Shown piece after piece: positions 11,988-24,199 of a DNA stretch of 64,000 nt (the stretch's first letter is position 1; each line of letters begins with the position of its first letter). The notes under the pieces were generated by a model that worked only from the letters and a program-made list of their open reading frames with translations, did no database searches and had not been told where the DNA came from. The stretch spans positions 112,530,001-112,594,000 of the forward strand of contig OZ024742.1 in NCBI GenBank assembly GCA_964016885.1, in the 5' to 3' direction. Source of the DNA: Eledone cirrhosa. Lineage: Eukaryota. The position numbers were made by a program, and so were the translations under genes.

Positions 11988-13052
11988 TCCTTTCAACTCT
12001 TGCCACCCTAGACACGTTAAAATTAATATTCCCTACAACTTAGCAAAGATAATCTGTACTGTATTCTCCAATAAAAACAACTGCTACGTACGGCTACAAG
12101 AACTAAAGGACACACTCATAGGCAGAGACTACCCTGCATCACTAATTGGCAATGGAATCCAACGTGCCCTAAAACTCAGTACCCAGGACCTTAGACAGCC
12201 TAAAGTAAAGCAACCCAAACTAAAAGCTCTTCCATACATCTCCACACACAACCACCTCAACAATGAGGCCTTTGACACCATCCTCCAGAACATCCCTGCG
12301 TTGAAAAAGGACCATAGAATGAACCAAATCCTAGGAAGACACGATATCATAAATAGCAAATGACAATCTAAGTCAATGAAAAACATCCTAACACATGCCA
12401 AAGTACTGCCAACCACAACAACGAAACCCACAGTAAACAAATGCGATACACCCAACTGTGGCATTTGCATCAACCTAATAGAGGGTTCGGAATTCTATTT
12501 CAAAGAAGGATAACGTTTTACAGTAAAACACAATTTCACATGCGTATCAGAAAATCTAATATATGTATTAACTTGCTCAGGTTGTCGAGAACAATACATA
12601 GACCAGACCAAAAACAGCATCGGCCAACGCATAGCTGTCCATAGATCCCAAATTAAAATACGGGAATACAGGAAAATACGACTGAGTGAACACATTGATA
12701 CCTGTGCCGCCCAAAATAATCCCAACTTCAGAATCTTTCCCCTCTACAAATTTAAAGATAATGCCACCCACACCCAGCGCATCAGCAAGGAATCTTACTT
12801 TATTAACAAATACGGACCCCGTCTAAACACTTCTCACTAAGACAAACCCACAACATACAGTCGTCCACATACATACCTACATCAGCATACATCTCTACCC
12901 ACATATAAACACAATGACATACGTAAACACACATGTTCTATGGTGCAACACAAATATACACAAATTTGCATACCTTTTGATGTCTATAGATATAAACGTG
13001 CCGACCCACACACATACATAAACGCACACATGCATTGCACGCTGATGGGCAC

Positions 13053-13259
13053 ATACATATTTGTACACAAGTATTCCAATACGGCAAGGCCTAATGAATT
13101 CCCCTTGCAGTACGTACAATCTGGACACACTCGAGATACATATTTGTACACAGGTATACAATTTCTGGACACACTCCAGATACATATTTGTGCACAGGTA
13201 TTCCAATACGGCAAGGCCTAATGGATTTCCCTTGCAGTACGTACAATCTGGACACACTC
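13053..13259. repeat. Short tandem duplication (~80-bp unit plus partial)
   Basis: CATATTTGT.CACA.GTATTCCAATACGGCAAGGCCTAATG...CAATCTGGACACACTC occurs twice with a shortened copy between. Confidence 0.85.
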
Positions 13260-13638
13260 ACACACACTTTGGTATTATGCCAGTACTATATATCATTTCA
13301 CACCTTTTATTATTAAGGTTTTTGATGTTCTATTGAGAGAAACGATTTTACTGAAAATATCGAATAGTGTACACCATTTTACTAGAAATAAATACTGCTC
13401 CACCGACTCACACGCACACACATATTCTCATACACACACACATATATACACACAGACATACACACGCGTACATTAAAATACAAAGAGACACATACACACA
13501 CACACACACACTCACACAAACACACACACTTCTCCGTATAAGACAAGAGCTGAAGAATATCTTTTAACATGTAAAAATAACCCCCACACACTTACAGACA
13601 CATTCCTACTGACCATCCCTCTACCACGAATTACTCTG

Positions 13639-13748
<110 letters not shown>

Positions 13749-14141
13749 ACACACACTTGTCTTAATAGGCATTTGAACTGTCAATAGGCTGCGGTTCGCA
13801 CACACATCCCTGCTGACCATTATCACAACAACGAACCTCTTTACTACTACTACATACACACATATATGTTTTGAAATACTTATTTCTCAGTGACTTCTCA
13901 ATCAGCCGACACAAACCTACATTTGGCGCAAAATCAATTTTTAACATTCACATGACCTCTACCGACCAATCAAAATTGTTTTGACCACAATCATTCTTGC
14001 AACACGAATCATTCTTGACCACAATCATTCTTGCAAAACTTATTTTAGTACCGCTGGAGGCACTTTTTTAACATAAAAACAGGTAGAATTCCCAAAACTA
14101 ATCAGATCAGAGCAAACATCATGGACGCTCTATCTCAAAAT

Positions 14142-14180
14142 GATTTTTGAAAAGCATTAGAAATGCGCAACCGGTAAAAC
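14142..14180 (+). ncRNA. Variant hammerhead motif (U3-A8 core, GCAA instead of GAAA)
   Basis: GATTT-TTGAAAA-GCATT AG AAATGC-GCAA-CCGG-TA-AAAC; same motif at 47823-47859 (+) and ~47716-47752 (-). Confidence 0.5.
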
Positions 14181-14336
14181 TTAAAACCAAAACCGAATAC
14201 TAACCAATACTATTATTAATTCTCACTTATTCCTAATTAAACTATTTTTCACTGTGAACAATTTGTCAGCATGTTCTTTTCCGTTTACCAATATATCAAA
14301 CTTGTGTGTTACACCTCTATTCTTTTAAATATATAC

Positions 14337-14800
<464 letters not shown>

Positions 14801-15255
14801 TATATATATATATATATATATATAATTATGAAGAGAGAAGAAACATTTAGATATAATTAGTAATAAAATGTATCATACCTAAACTGTTCCTAAATTCCTC
14901 GACTACGTAGTTTCGTGGCATAAACAAAGGATGCGGATGCATTCATGTATATATGTGTGTGTCCGCATGTATCTGTGTGTTTCTAAATGTATTAATAACT
15001 CCCTCTGATCGAGCAATCTTTGAAGTGTGGGGACAACTGGAAAGCTTCCATTACTCATACTTCTCGCCTTCTTCACTACCTCTTCTACGGCCTCGATATG
15101 AATACCCCCTCCGCCTCCGTGGTATTTTTTTCGTGGTTATAAGAGGCTTAGCTCTGTTTCTCGACCGTTATATCGCGTGACTATCTCCCCCTCCGCCTTT
15201 TGGGATTCTTTCTCACGTCGTGTAGACGCGTTCTTGAGACTAGTAAAATGAGGTA

Positions 15256-15343
15256 TCCTCTTGATAAGTCGGCAGACCTCGCAAGGACTCTATATCTTTG
15301 ATATATTGTTTTTGTTTATGCCACGAAACTACGTAGTCGAGGA
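15256..15343 (+). ncRNA. Type-I hammerhead ribozyme, U3-A8 covariant core, extended stem II
   Basis: TCCTC-TTGATAA-GTCGGCAGAC...GTTTATGCCAC-GAAA-CTACGTAG-TC-GAGGA: 5-bp stem I, palindromic stem III ACUACGUAGU, GUC site at 15336-15338. Confidence 0.8.
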
Positions 15344-15846
15344 ATTTAGGAACAGTTTAGGTATGATACATTTTATTACTAATTATATCTAAATGTTTCT
15401 TCTCTCTTCATAATGTATTTTTAACTCTGATACTGGTTCAGTCTAGTTCAAACTGAATTGGTCTGTCCCAGTCATCCATTGAGCAACATCGGTGAAGTTG
15501 GCACCCTTAACTCACAGTTGGGTGCGGATGCATTCATGTATATATGTGTGTGTCCGCATGTATCTGTGTGTTTCTAAATGTATTAATAACTCCCTCTGGT
15601 CGAGCAATCTTTGAAGTGTGGGGACAACTGGAAAGCTTCCATTACTCATACTTCTCGCCTTCTTCACTACCTCTTCTACGGCCTCGATATGAATACCCCC
15701 TCCGCCTCCGTGGTATTTTTTTCGTGGTTATAAGAGGCTTAGCTCTGTTTCTCGACCGTTATATCGCGTGACTATCTCCCCCTCCGCCTTTTGGGATTCT
15801 TTCTCACGTCGTGTAGACGCGTTCTTGAGACTAGTAAAATGAGGTA

Positions 15847-15934
15847 TCCTCTTGATAAGTCGGCAGACCTCGCAAGGACTCTATATCTTTGATATATTGT
15901 TTTTGTTTATGCCACGAAACTACGTAGTCGAGGA
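15847..15934 (+). ncRNA. Type-I hammerhead ribozyme, second identical copy
   Basis: Same sequence as 15256-15343 shifted by 591 bp. Confidence 0.8.
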
Positions 15935-16171
15935 ATTTAGGAACAGTTTAGGTATGATACATTTTATTACTAATTATATCTAAATGTTTCTTCTCTCTTC
16001 ATAATGTATTTTTAACTCTGATACTGGTTCAGTCTAGTTCAAACTGAATTGGTCTGTCCCAGTCATTCATTGAGCAACATCGGTGAAGTTGGCACCCTTA
16101 ACTCACAGTTGGGTGCGGATGCATTCATGTATATATGTGTGTGTCCGCATGTATCTGTGTGTTTCTAAATG

Positions 16172-16244
<73 letters not shown>

Positions 16245-16772
16245 TGTATATATATATAATGTATTTTGCAATACACTGTATGCTTAATTAAAAGTACCGA
16301 CATTGTCGCTTACTTAGATTTTCGACAGGCAGGGGGAGATAAGTTGACAGCGCTGTTGCGTACTGATTGGTACTTGTCAAAACTCAGTACTCACCCTGTC
16401 TGCCGAAAATGATGTATGTTCGTTTCTCATAGAATTCCAGTAACAATCAGGAACTGATTCTACAGAGCGGTCGCCAGCGAGGCATAAATTGAAAATTCGA
16501 ATTGGTGCTCTGAAATAGCGATATATAGATATATAAATGTATATATAGTGTATCTTGCAATACACTGTATGCTTAATTAAAAGCATTTTGAAGACCATAC
16601 GGGTTTTCGTTCGCATTTGGAAATATCCTATTAAGGATAAAATCTCGAGCTTCGAACTCATCAGGAAACAAACTTGTTAGGACAGAATATTTTCTTAAGT
16701 GATCCCCGTCAGAAAATAATGCAAAATGGCTAAGAATTGTGACGTGGCAGTGGTTATATATATGTATATATA

Positions 16773-19700
16773 TAACGAAGGAATTGTGGTAAGGAACCAG
16801 ATCGACCATCTCGCACCATAGTACTCAATACTAAGTGTAGTAGAGTGGGTAATATGAAAAGAAAAAACCCCGACGGCAGAGCTCAAGCCGTTTCGACGAC
16901 TATTTCTGGACTAAATTAGAATGTTTAATCTGGTAAATAAATAGCCAAACTAATCAAGGGGTACTACCTGATATGGGAAGATAGTAATTGTCAAGAGGAT
17001 TAGTCAAAATTTGTTATAAAGACAAATAAATCTATCATGGCATTTGGTGGGAGATAGGGGTGTCTGAAATTGCCGGTAGAACAAAGAAGGAGTGAAGAAA
17101 GCCAATCAGGGGTTGAAAGTGAAATCTATACAGCAGAAGTTAAGGATAGTGTAAGAAAAGTCGAAAAATTGTTCTGGAGAAAATGAGGAGCGGAGTTGAA
17201 AGAATAGGTAAGTCGAATGGGAGTAAAAAAAAATAAAATAAAATAAAAAAACAAAAAAAATGTATATATAAACAAAGTTAGATAGTGAGAAAAGAATAAA
17301 AAAACAAAAACAGTAGAATCTAGAAACAGCTGCTATAATTAGTAGGTATTGCTAAGCTATAGAAAAGTTTAATAAGTAGAGAATTTAAATAATAAATAAG
17401 AGATTGTAGTTGGTTGTGAAACACAGATGAGGAAGAAGATCGGGGATGGAAGGAAGTGATAGGATGATACGGAGTTTAGAAGGAAGCGTAGAAGAAAAAA
17501 AAAAAAGGTACGGCTACCTATGTAAGCAGGGGTTTCCCCTTACAAATTCGGCAGGTGGGGGTATCAACCCTTGTCTACCAACCCGAGTCGTTATGGGGTT
17601 TGAGGGCGAAGTTAGTCCTACGGAATATGTTTGCATGCGGGTACCAGTTCGTCTTTCTTGTTTAGCAGTTGGTCCTTCGAAAACAGCATTGTAATGTTTC
17701 CTCCGAGAATAAGTTACAAGGACGCAGTCCTCCCGTGTAAGAGTTAGCTCTGGATAGTTAGCTCCAAGTGAAATTGTAGGTAATATTATTATCTTTGATT
17801 TCCCAGATGTTGCCCGAAAGTGTATTGGCATGTCGCCGGACCCGGTTTCGGAAGTATGTCGGTGTTGGTTAGCCGGGTCTTGAGGTCACAAGCGGTTAAT
17901 CCTATATAAGCTTTGTTGGAGGTGTCCGTCCTCACGTTGCACTGGTAGATCACATTACGTTCTCGGCATCTGTTGTTTAGGGGGCGCATGAACCTATCAA
18001 GTCAGTTACACCTCCTGGTCGGCTCTCCACTGATGTCTAGGTTATTTCTTCCATAGAGGTTGAGTTTTTTGTTGTTAGAAGAGACGATGTTTTGTGCGAA
18101 TTTAGGTGTGGTGCTGTAGGAGAGTTTGATGGTATTTTTGTTGCTTATGTTGTGGTAGCGGTGTTGTAGTGGAAAGTGTTTTTCGAGGAGCCTAAAGAAG
18201 ATTTTCCCGATAGGTGTTGCCACCTCGGCATGTGGGGAGGATTGAACAACGTTACCTTGCCTGAACGGCGGTGGTGCCTGCTGGTTCCGCAAATGGAAGC
18301 TGGATAAAAGGATATTTCCTCCCGGAAGTCACTCCGCTTGGAGGCCTGGTTGTAATGAGGCGCATGTTCGTCGGATATATGCTCATTAGCGGACAAACGA
18401 GATATGCGGAGGGAGATGTTTTTAACCAGGTTATTGATGATGTTTCTAGGATGGTTAGAGCGGCGGTGTTCTAATGCAGGTTGTCGTTTGGTTTCCTGTA
18501 TGTCTAGTACAGATCATTTACGAGGTTAAGGGTAACGTCCAGGAAATTTACTCGGGTTAGGGACGTTTGTAGGGTTATTTTAAATCCCCAGTCCCGGAAG
18601 AAGCTGATTAGTTGTTTACGGACCCGATCTGTACTACTGGGGTTGCACCCTTTGAGGTTGGCGAGCCCATCATCGCGGTAAAATCCACCGCCAAATGCAG
18701 GAAACATTTCGGTGAGTTTAAATAGTAGGAATAATCCTATAAGATCTGCGACCTCGGCCGAATCCGTCGCGCCCATCCTGACGTCGAAGGGGGAGTCAGG
18801 AGCTCTCTTTATCCATTTGGAGTTGTCAAAAGGTAGGACTGTCTCCCTGGTGTGGAGAATGAAATTTCTTTCATGGTCTGTGATGGGTGTGAGTGATTCG
18901 GCCAAGTCGAAGGCGGCCGTAAGGAGCGGTAAGGTAATAGATGCATAATAACTCTGTACGTCAAACTGGATGAATTTTGTGTCAAGTTTGTCCTCCATAT
19001 TCCTGAACCATGAGATTACTTCCTGGGTGCTAACCATAGGCTAAGTATCGCGTCTTGCTTAACTTTTGGTATATCGCGGTCGAGGATTTTTTTTACTGAT
19101 TCTCCCTATGTCTGACTTCGTTGGGTTTATAAGCCTGATGGATGGTTTGCGGTCGAAGTCGGATTAGTGGTCCTTCAGTGTGAAGTAGGGAGTCCGTGCG
19201 TCTAGGGGTTCAGTGCGGTCGACGACCCCGAGACTGGACGTAAGTTGCCCATCTCGATTTATGCCCTCGATATTTGAATTGTTAACCTTTTTTATAGGTG
19301 GAGTTTAGGCTGCTTCTGATCAGTGTGTTTTATCTGTCAGGGTTGACCAAGTAAAGGTTTCGAGTTTTGTCCGAGCGCACCATAATGTCGTTGGTGTTTT
19401 CATATTCTGTTATTGTGCTACTGAGTTTTTGTAGGAATCTGTTGTGTCTGGGTTTGCATTTAATGCTATTGACCAGTTGGAAAAGGTCGTTCTCGGAGGA
19501 TGAGAGCATAGGTTTCGAAGGGGGAGATTTGTAGGTATTGAATCCGAATCTCTCCTTGGTATCGAATTCATGATTGTCGTGGTATCTGTTGTAGACAAAA
19601 GTACTCCATCTTAGTATTTTCGCAAACAGGTCGACTTTTGGCGTGAGCATCCGAAGGTAAAGTTTTCTCCGTGGAACTGGGATGTTCTTGGTGGAGAAGC

Positions 19701-20413
19701 TGATGTTGTGTTTTCGCATGGTGGGGGTGAAAAAACTGGAGCTGGGCGGAAATGTCTGGATATGGCGTGGTAGGGTCGGAAAGTGCTCTACTACGGAGAT
19801 AAGAGCTAGATAACGAAGGAATTGTGGTAAGGAAACAGATGGACGATAACGCACCAAAATACTCAATACTAAGTGTAGTAGAGTGGGTAATAGGAAATAT
19901 AATGACTCCGACCGCAGAGCTCAAGCCGTTTCGACGGCTATTTCTGGACTAAATTAGAATGTTTAGCCTGGTAAGTAATACCAGGCTAAAAATTCCAATT
20001 TTACAATTTCTAAATTTCTTTTTACTTGTCTAAAATTATTAACCTGTAATTGTAATTGGCTGATTACGCTTTACTAACTATTTATAGCAGCTGTGTTAGA
20101 CCCCCTGAAAAGTTAGCTTTACATTTTTTCACCACCAACTACAATCTCTTATTTATTATTTTCCATTCTCTACTTATTAAACTTTTCTATTCCTACTAAT
20201 TATAGCAGCTGTTTCTAGACTCGACTGTTTTCGTTTTTTTTATTCTTTTCTCACTATCTAAATTTTTTTTATATATACATTTTTAATTTTAATTTGTTTT
20301 TACTCCCATTCGACTTACCTTTTCTTTAAACTCCGCTCCTCATTTTCGCCAGACAATTTTTTGACTTTTCTTACACTATCCTTAGAATCTGCTGTTTAGA
20401 TTTCACTTTCAAG
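16773..20413 (-). mobile_element. Near full-length Hydra-like PLE pseudo-copy with direct pLTRs and an inverted 3' UTR copy
   Basis: Frameshifted ORF pieces SFSTKNIPVP, IQFDVQSYYASI, FDVRMGATDSAEVADLIG, GGFYRDDGL, VNFLDVTLNL and GIY-YIG VIYQC..AYIGLT..LKTR. Direct repeats at 16773-16936 and 19811-19974; 20133-20413 is the inverse of ~17112-17413. Confidence 0.9.
16867..16962 (-). ncRNA. Type-I hammerhead motif in the PLE 3' pLTR (U3 core, extended stem II)
   Basis: Minus strand ACCCC-TTGATTA-GTTTGGCTATTT...AAATAGTCGTC-GAAA-CGGCTTGAGCTCTGCCG-TC-GGGGT. Perfect stem I and stem III; position 8 is U, probably decayed from A. Confidence 0.65.
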
Positions 20414-21504
20414 GCATGAATTAAGTGAGACTGTAACTACTCTAAAATAATAGCATAAGGTCTTCTAAATGCTTTTAATTAAGCAAACAGTGTATTGCAA
20501 AATACACTATATATACATTCATATATATATCACTATTTCAGAGTACCAATTCTAATTTTCAATTTCTGCTTGACCGGAAACCGCTCTGTAGAATCAGTTC
20601 CTGATTATTACTGGAATTCTATAAGAATCAAACAATCATAACAAGCGGAGTAGTCAGCTTCGATAAGCATCAACAAGTGCGAAACAAAGCTCTGTGAGCT
20701 TTATATCCCATGTTTGCTGAACATTGAAGTAAGTCAGACTGTCACTATTCTAAAACAATAGCGTAAGGTCTTCGAAATATATACATTCATAGATATATCG
20801 CTATTTCAGAGTACGAATTCTAATTTTATATATATATTTGTATAAATATTTATACACACAAACAAGCAGACACCCTCCCATATATATGTATATATATATA
20901 CATACATATTTGCAACTATTGTTCTGGTTTCGTCTACTAATCACACGTTTTTAACTTGACCTATATTCTAAGTGAAAAATTATAGTATACTAATTTGGCT
21001 AATTATATTTTTGGAATATTGTCCTTCATGTTCTTTTAAGTGCGTCAACTCGTCTCCAAATAGCATGTAATATTGAAAACTATTTAATAGATTAATCACT
21101 TAATGTATTTTTTATACATATTTCTCATTCTTGTTTTTACACTGTAAATTTAATGTAAATGTTTATTTCACCACCATCCGTTTTTTATTAATCCATTCAT
21201 GACTATCGCTTACATTTTCGACGGGTTCTTGCTTTCCACAGTAAATTTATGTAATTGCAAAAACAAAAAAAAAAGAAATGCCGGGAATATTGGATAACAT
21301 GTTATTATATACTCGAAATTCCTGGCAGAGACTTATTGGTGCTCTCTTGATATACTATTCTTCTGTGACAGTATCAACCAGGCAGAGCTAATCACCCTTA
21401 TACGACTGAGCATATCCAATTCCATCCAGAGAAGGATATGGTGTACAAGAGGAAGTGAGAAAAACATATGAAGAAAGGATCGGCACCAATACAGACCTGA
21501 CTCT

Positions 21505-22041
21505 TTATTTGTTGACCCTGAAATGATGAAATGTAGAGATATCATTTGCTGGATTTTAAGTGAGAACAAATAACGCAAGACATTATATTCGAGGTTCCTC
21601 TGATTAGCTCAAATACGGCCAAAATTGTATCGGTCAGTATTTCATCACCGAAGCATTTATAGTTTCATTTAACGGATAATCATTTTCTAATTATATGGTT
21701 TGTACCGCATTGATAATGGAAGGTGCATTTCTCATTGTAGGCATAACCTTATTGGCGAGAAATATTTCTGAATTCAGATGCTAAAATATACATATATCTT
21801 CAAGGATGTCAATATTGAATCCAATGGGATGCATGTCTATTTACGACATTTGAATCATCCTATTCTATTTGGAACATTATGAAGCTAAATGCTTGTGTCA
21901 TGTCAGCCATATCTCAGTCATTTTAGAGTTACCATATCACGTTGTTAAATTCAGCAGAGTTGTTAGCTAGGTTCTCTGTCCTTGGAATTTGTTCATTTGA
22001 TGCATGTCCTTGCTGATATACATGAGCTCGATCAGATCTTG
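21505..22041 (-). other. Speculative last two coding exons of an unidentified host gene
   Basis: AG/GT-bounded open 109-nt segment 22041-21933 (RSDRAHVYQQGHASNEQIPRTENLANNSAEFNNVI) splices in phase to an acceptor at 21517, giving WVNK-stop; no recognisable homology. Confidence 0.2.
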
Positions 22042-23069
22042 CTTATGGTTAAACAAAAAGGAACTACCTATAAAAAAATGATTACCACTAAAGTGTCCAT
22101 CATATATTATATAAAATTTTATTGTATCAAATTAAATCAACAAATTGAATACTTTCATTAACAATCTGCAAATCTCCGAACCTTTCCGTTTTCCCATTCA
22201 ATCTCTCTCACTCTCTCATTTTCTTTATTTATCCATCTCCCAGCCTCACACAAATATACATACAGTATCCATCACGTGTGTGGTTGCGTAAGCGGTGGGT
22301 ATGTATGCGTGTATACCTCACAACACCTATACATACACAAATGAATGTATATTATTTCCGTACATTGTAAATGTCAAGAGGCTGGCAAATGTTCTACACC
22401 TCGTTGTCTTTTATTCTAATCTAACTCAGCTTTTATAAATGTTTGTCTTCGACAGATTCCCCGAATTAAACTTTTAATTGCTTTTGCATTTCATACATTT
22501 TGTATTTATTATTTATTTTGATTACTATTTATATTATTCTAAAGAATCATTATTTGTGTTATTGTTGATTCCACCTTCAACATTATTTCCATCACCAGAA
22601 TTGTCATCATCCTCATCATCACCATGGCTCTATATACTTATTAAACTTTACTTCGTTTTTCATATCCACATAATTGCCAGCTTCGTCACCATCACTATTA
22701 TATTTTCTATACAAAATACAATTTTAATAACTACATAGCGTTCAAGCAAATAATTTTGCTTTCATAAGGAAAATTAATTACAGAAAATATATCCTTGATC
22801 TTTTAGACCTCAGTTTGAAATGACAATAACTAAAATATGAATGAGTTAGTGTAGAAATCTTGAATATAGATTATTCACTAAGACGATGTTTTTTTCGCAT
22901 CATTAACTTTTTAGTATAGTAGTATCTTTAACAAAATTAAACTCAATTAATAGAACAACTCTTATGAAATATTTGCCATAGTACAGGTTGTTTGAGAAGA
23001 CATGCGGTTCAATACAATCTTATATAATGTTTTATATTAATTATATATATATATATATAGATAGAGAGA

Positions 23070-23101
<32 letters not shown>

Positions 23102-23323
23102 GAGTGAGTGTGAGAGAGAGAGAGAGAGAGAGAGAGACAGTGGTGGTGTGTTTGGGCAGACCACTAAATATGGGATAACTCAATATATAGGGAGACGCAA
23201 AACGGGTATAAAGATATGTAACATCCTGACCGTGGCACCAGGTGTTCATCAACGCGGCCCAGGGGATTGATGAACATGCAAACCGACACCGGCCCCGTGG
23301 TCGGTATTTTAATATCTCCCTCT

Positions 23324-23389
<66 letters not shown>

Positions 23390-23512
23390 GTGGTTTTTTT
23401 TTACAAAATGAAAAATGACCGAGGTGTCCTACACGAGTGAAAGCATAAGGAAAAAAGATGAAATCGAAAGTGCAACTGGGGTCTTTTTTTTTTTAAATGT
23501 ATTTATTTGGTT

Positions 23513-23549
23513 CCTTTACCGGTTTCGCAGTTCTTGTGCTTCTCAAAGG
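23513..23549 (-). ncRNA. Minimal type-I hammerhead, U3-A8 core
   Basis: Minus strand CCT-TTGAGAA-GCACAAGAACTGC-GAAA-CCGG-TA-AAGG: stem II GCA/UGC, palindromic ACCGGU, GUA site; an ~130-nt tail ends in (TA)n at ~23380. Confidence 0.65.
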
Positions 23550-23987
23550 TAGAATTGAGATGGAGGGTTTGTGGATGTTCTCACATATATATATATATTT
23601 GCGGGGACCATCTGAATTATGCATATACTTATTCAGGTATTTGATTATTTCTCTGTGTTCCATGATTCTGCTGTGTGATTTCCATGTAACCATCGGCTGG
23701 GGCCGATCACCAGCTATATGACGTCCTCTCACAACAATACACTTCACAAGATTCTCGTTTTTATCATTGAATGCTATTTGATGAACTCGGGCCCAAGGGT
23801 AGGTTGCAGTCACACCATCTAACCGTCGAATACGGAACAATATCTAAAATTGCTCAATAACCGTATCTACAAATTTATAAGGCCTTCGTCAATATTTAAT
23901 GTATTGTTTTTATAATCCACCTGGACTAGCGAAATGAATTGCGAGTAGTACATTGGTGTGTGGAATGCACCATTTTAGTCAGGTAAC

Positions 23988-24069
<82 letters not shown>

Positions 24070-24199
24070 GGGGGGGGGGGGGGATACCACAGTTATCGTT
24101 ATAGGTAATCTCAGTTAGAGGTTGTGAGTACTGTGCGTCGTGGATAGTTTTAACATACGGCTTTGTTCGATTCAACAATATGTTTCCATAGTTATGCAC

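Larger units (their letters stand above)
14825..16175 (+). mobile_element. Retrozyme-like / non-autonomous PLE array: 2.1 tandem 591-bp units plus a 104-bp inverted fragment
   Basis: Units 14932-15522, 15523-16113 and partial 16114-16175 (only two substitutions noticed); 14825-14928 is the reverse complement of ~15311-15414; (TA)n flanks; one HHR per unit; no protein homology seen. Confidence 0.85.
16425..20830. repeat. Older inverted-repeat element whose arms (16425-16600 and 20455-20627) enclose the PLE at 16773-20413
   Basis: TAGAATTCCAGTAACAATCAGGAACTGATTCTACAGAGCGG...GCAATACACTGTATGCTTAATTAAAAGCATTT is the reverse complement of 20466-20622; a decayed HHR lies at 20656-20700. Confidence 0.7.

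Noticed and set aside
13053-13259. Repeat-spacer-like pattern (CRISPR?)
   Set aside because: The intervening sequences are themselves duplicated, the context is eukaryotic and there are no cas genes.
14953-15771. Duplicated 75-aa ORF in the 591-bp unit
   Set aside because: No recognisable motif; its repetition simply reflects the tandem duplication.
16632-16670. Minus-strand CTGATGAGTTCGAAGCTCGAGA
   Set aside because: GAGA instead of GAAA and no stem I complementarity.
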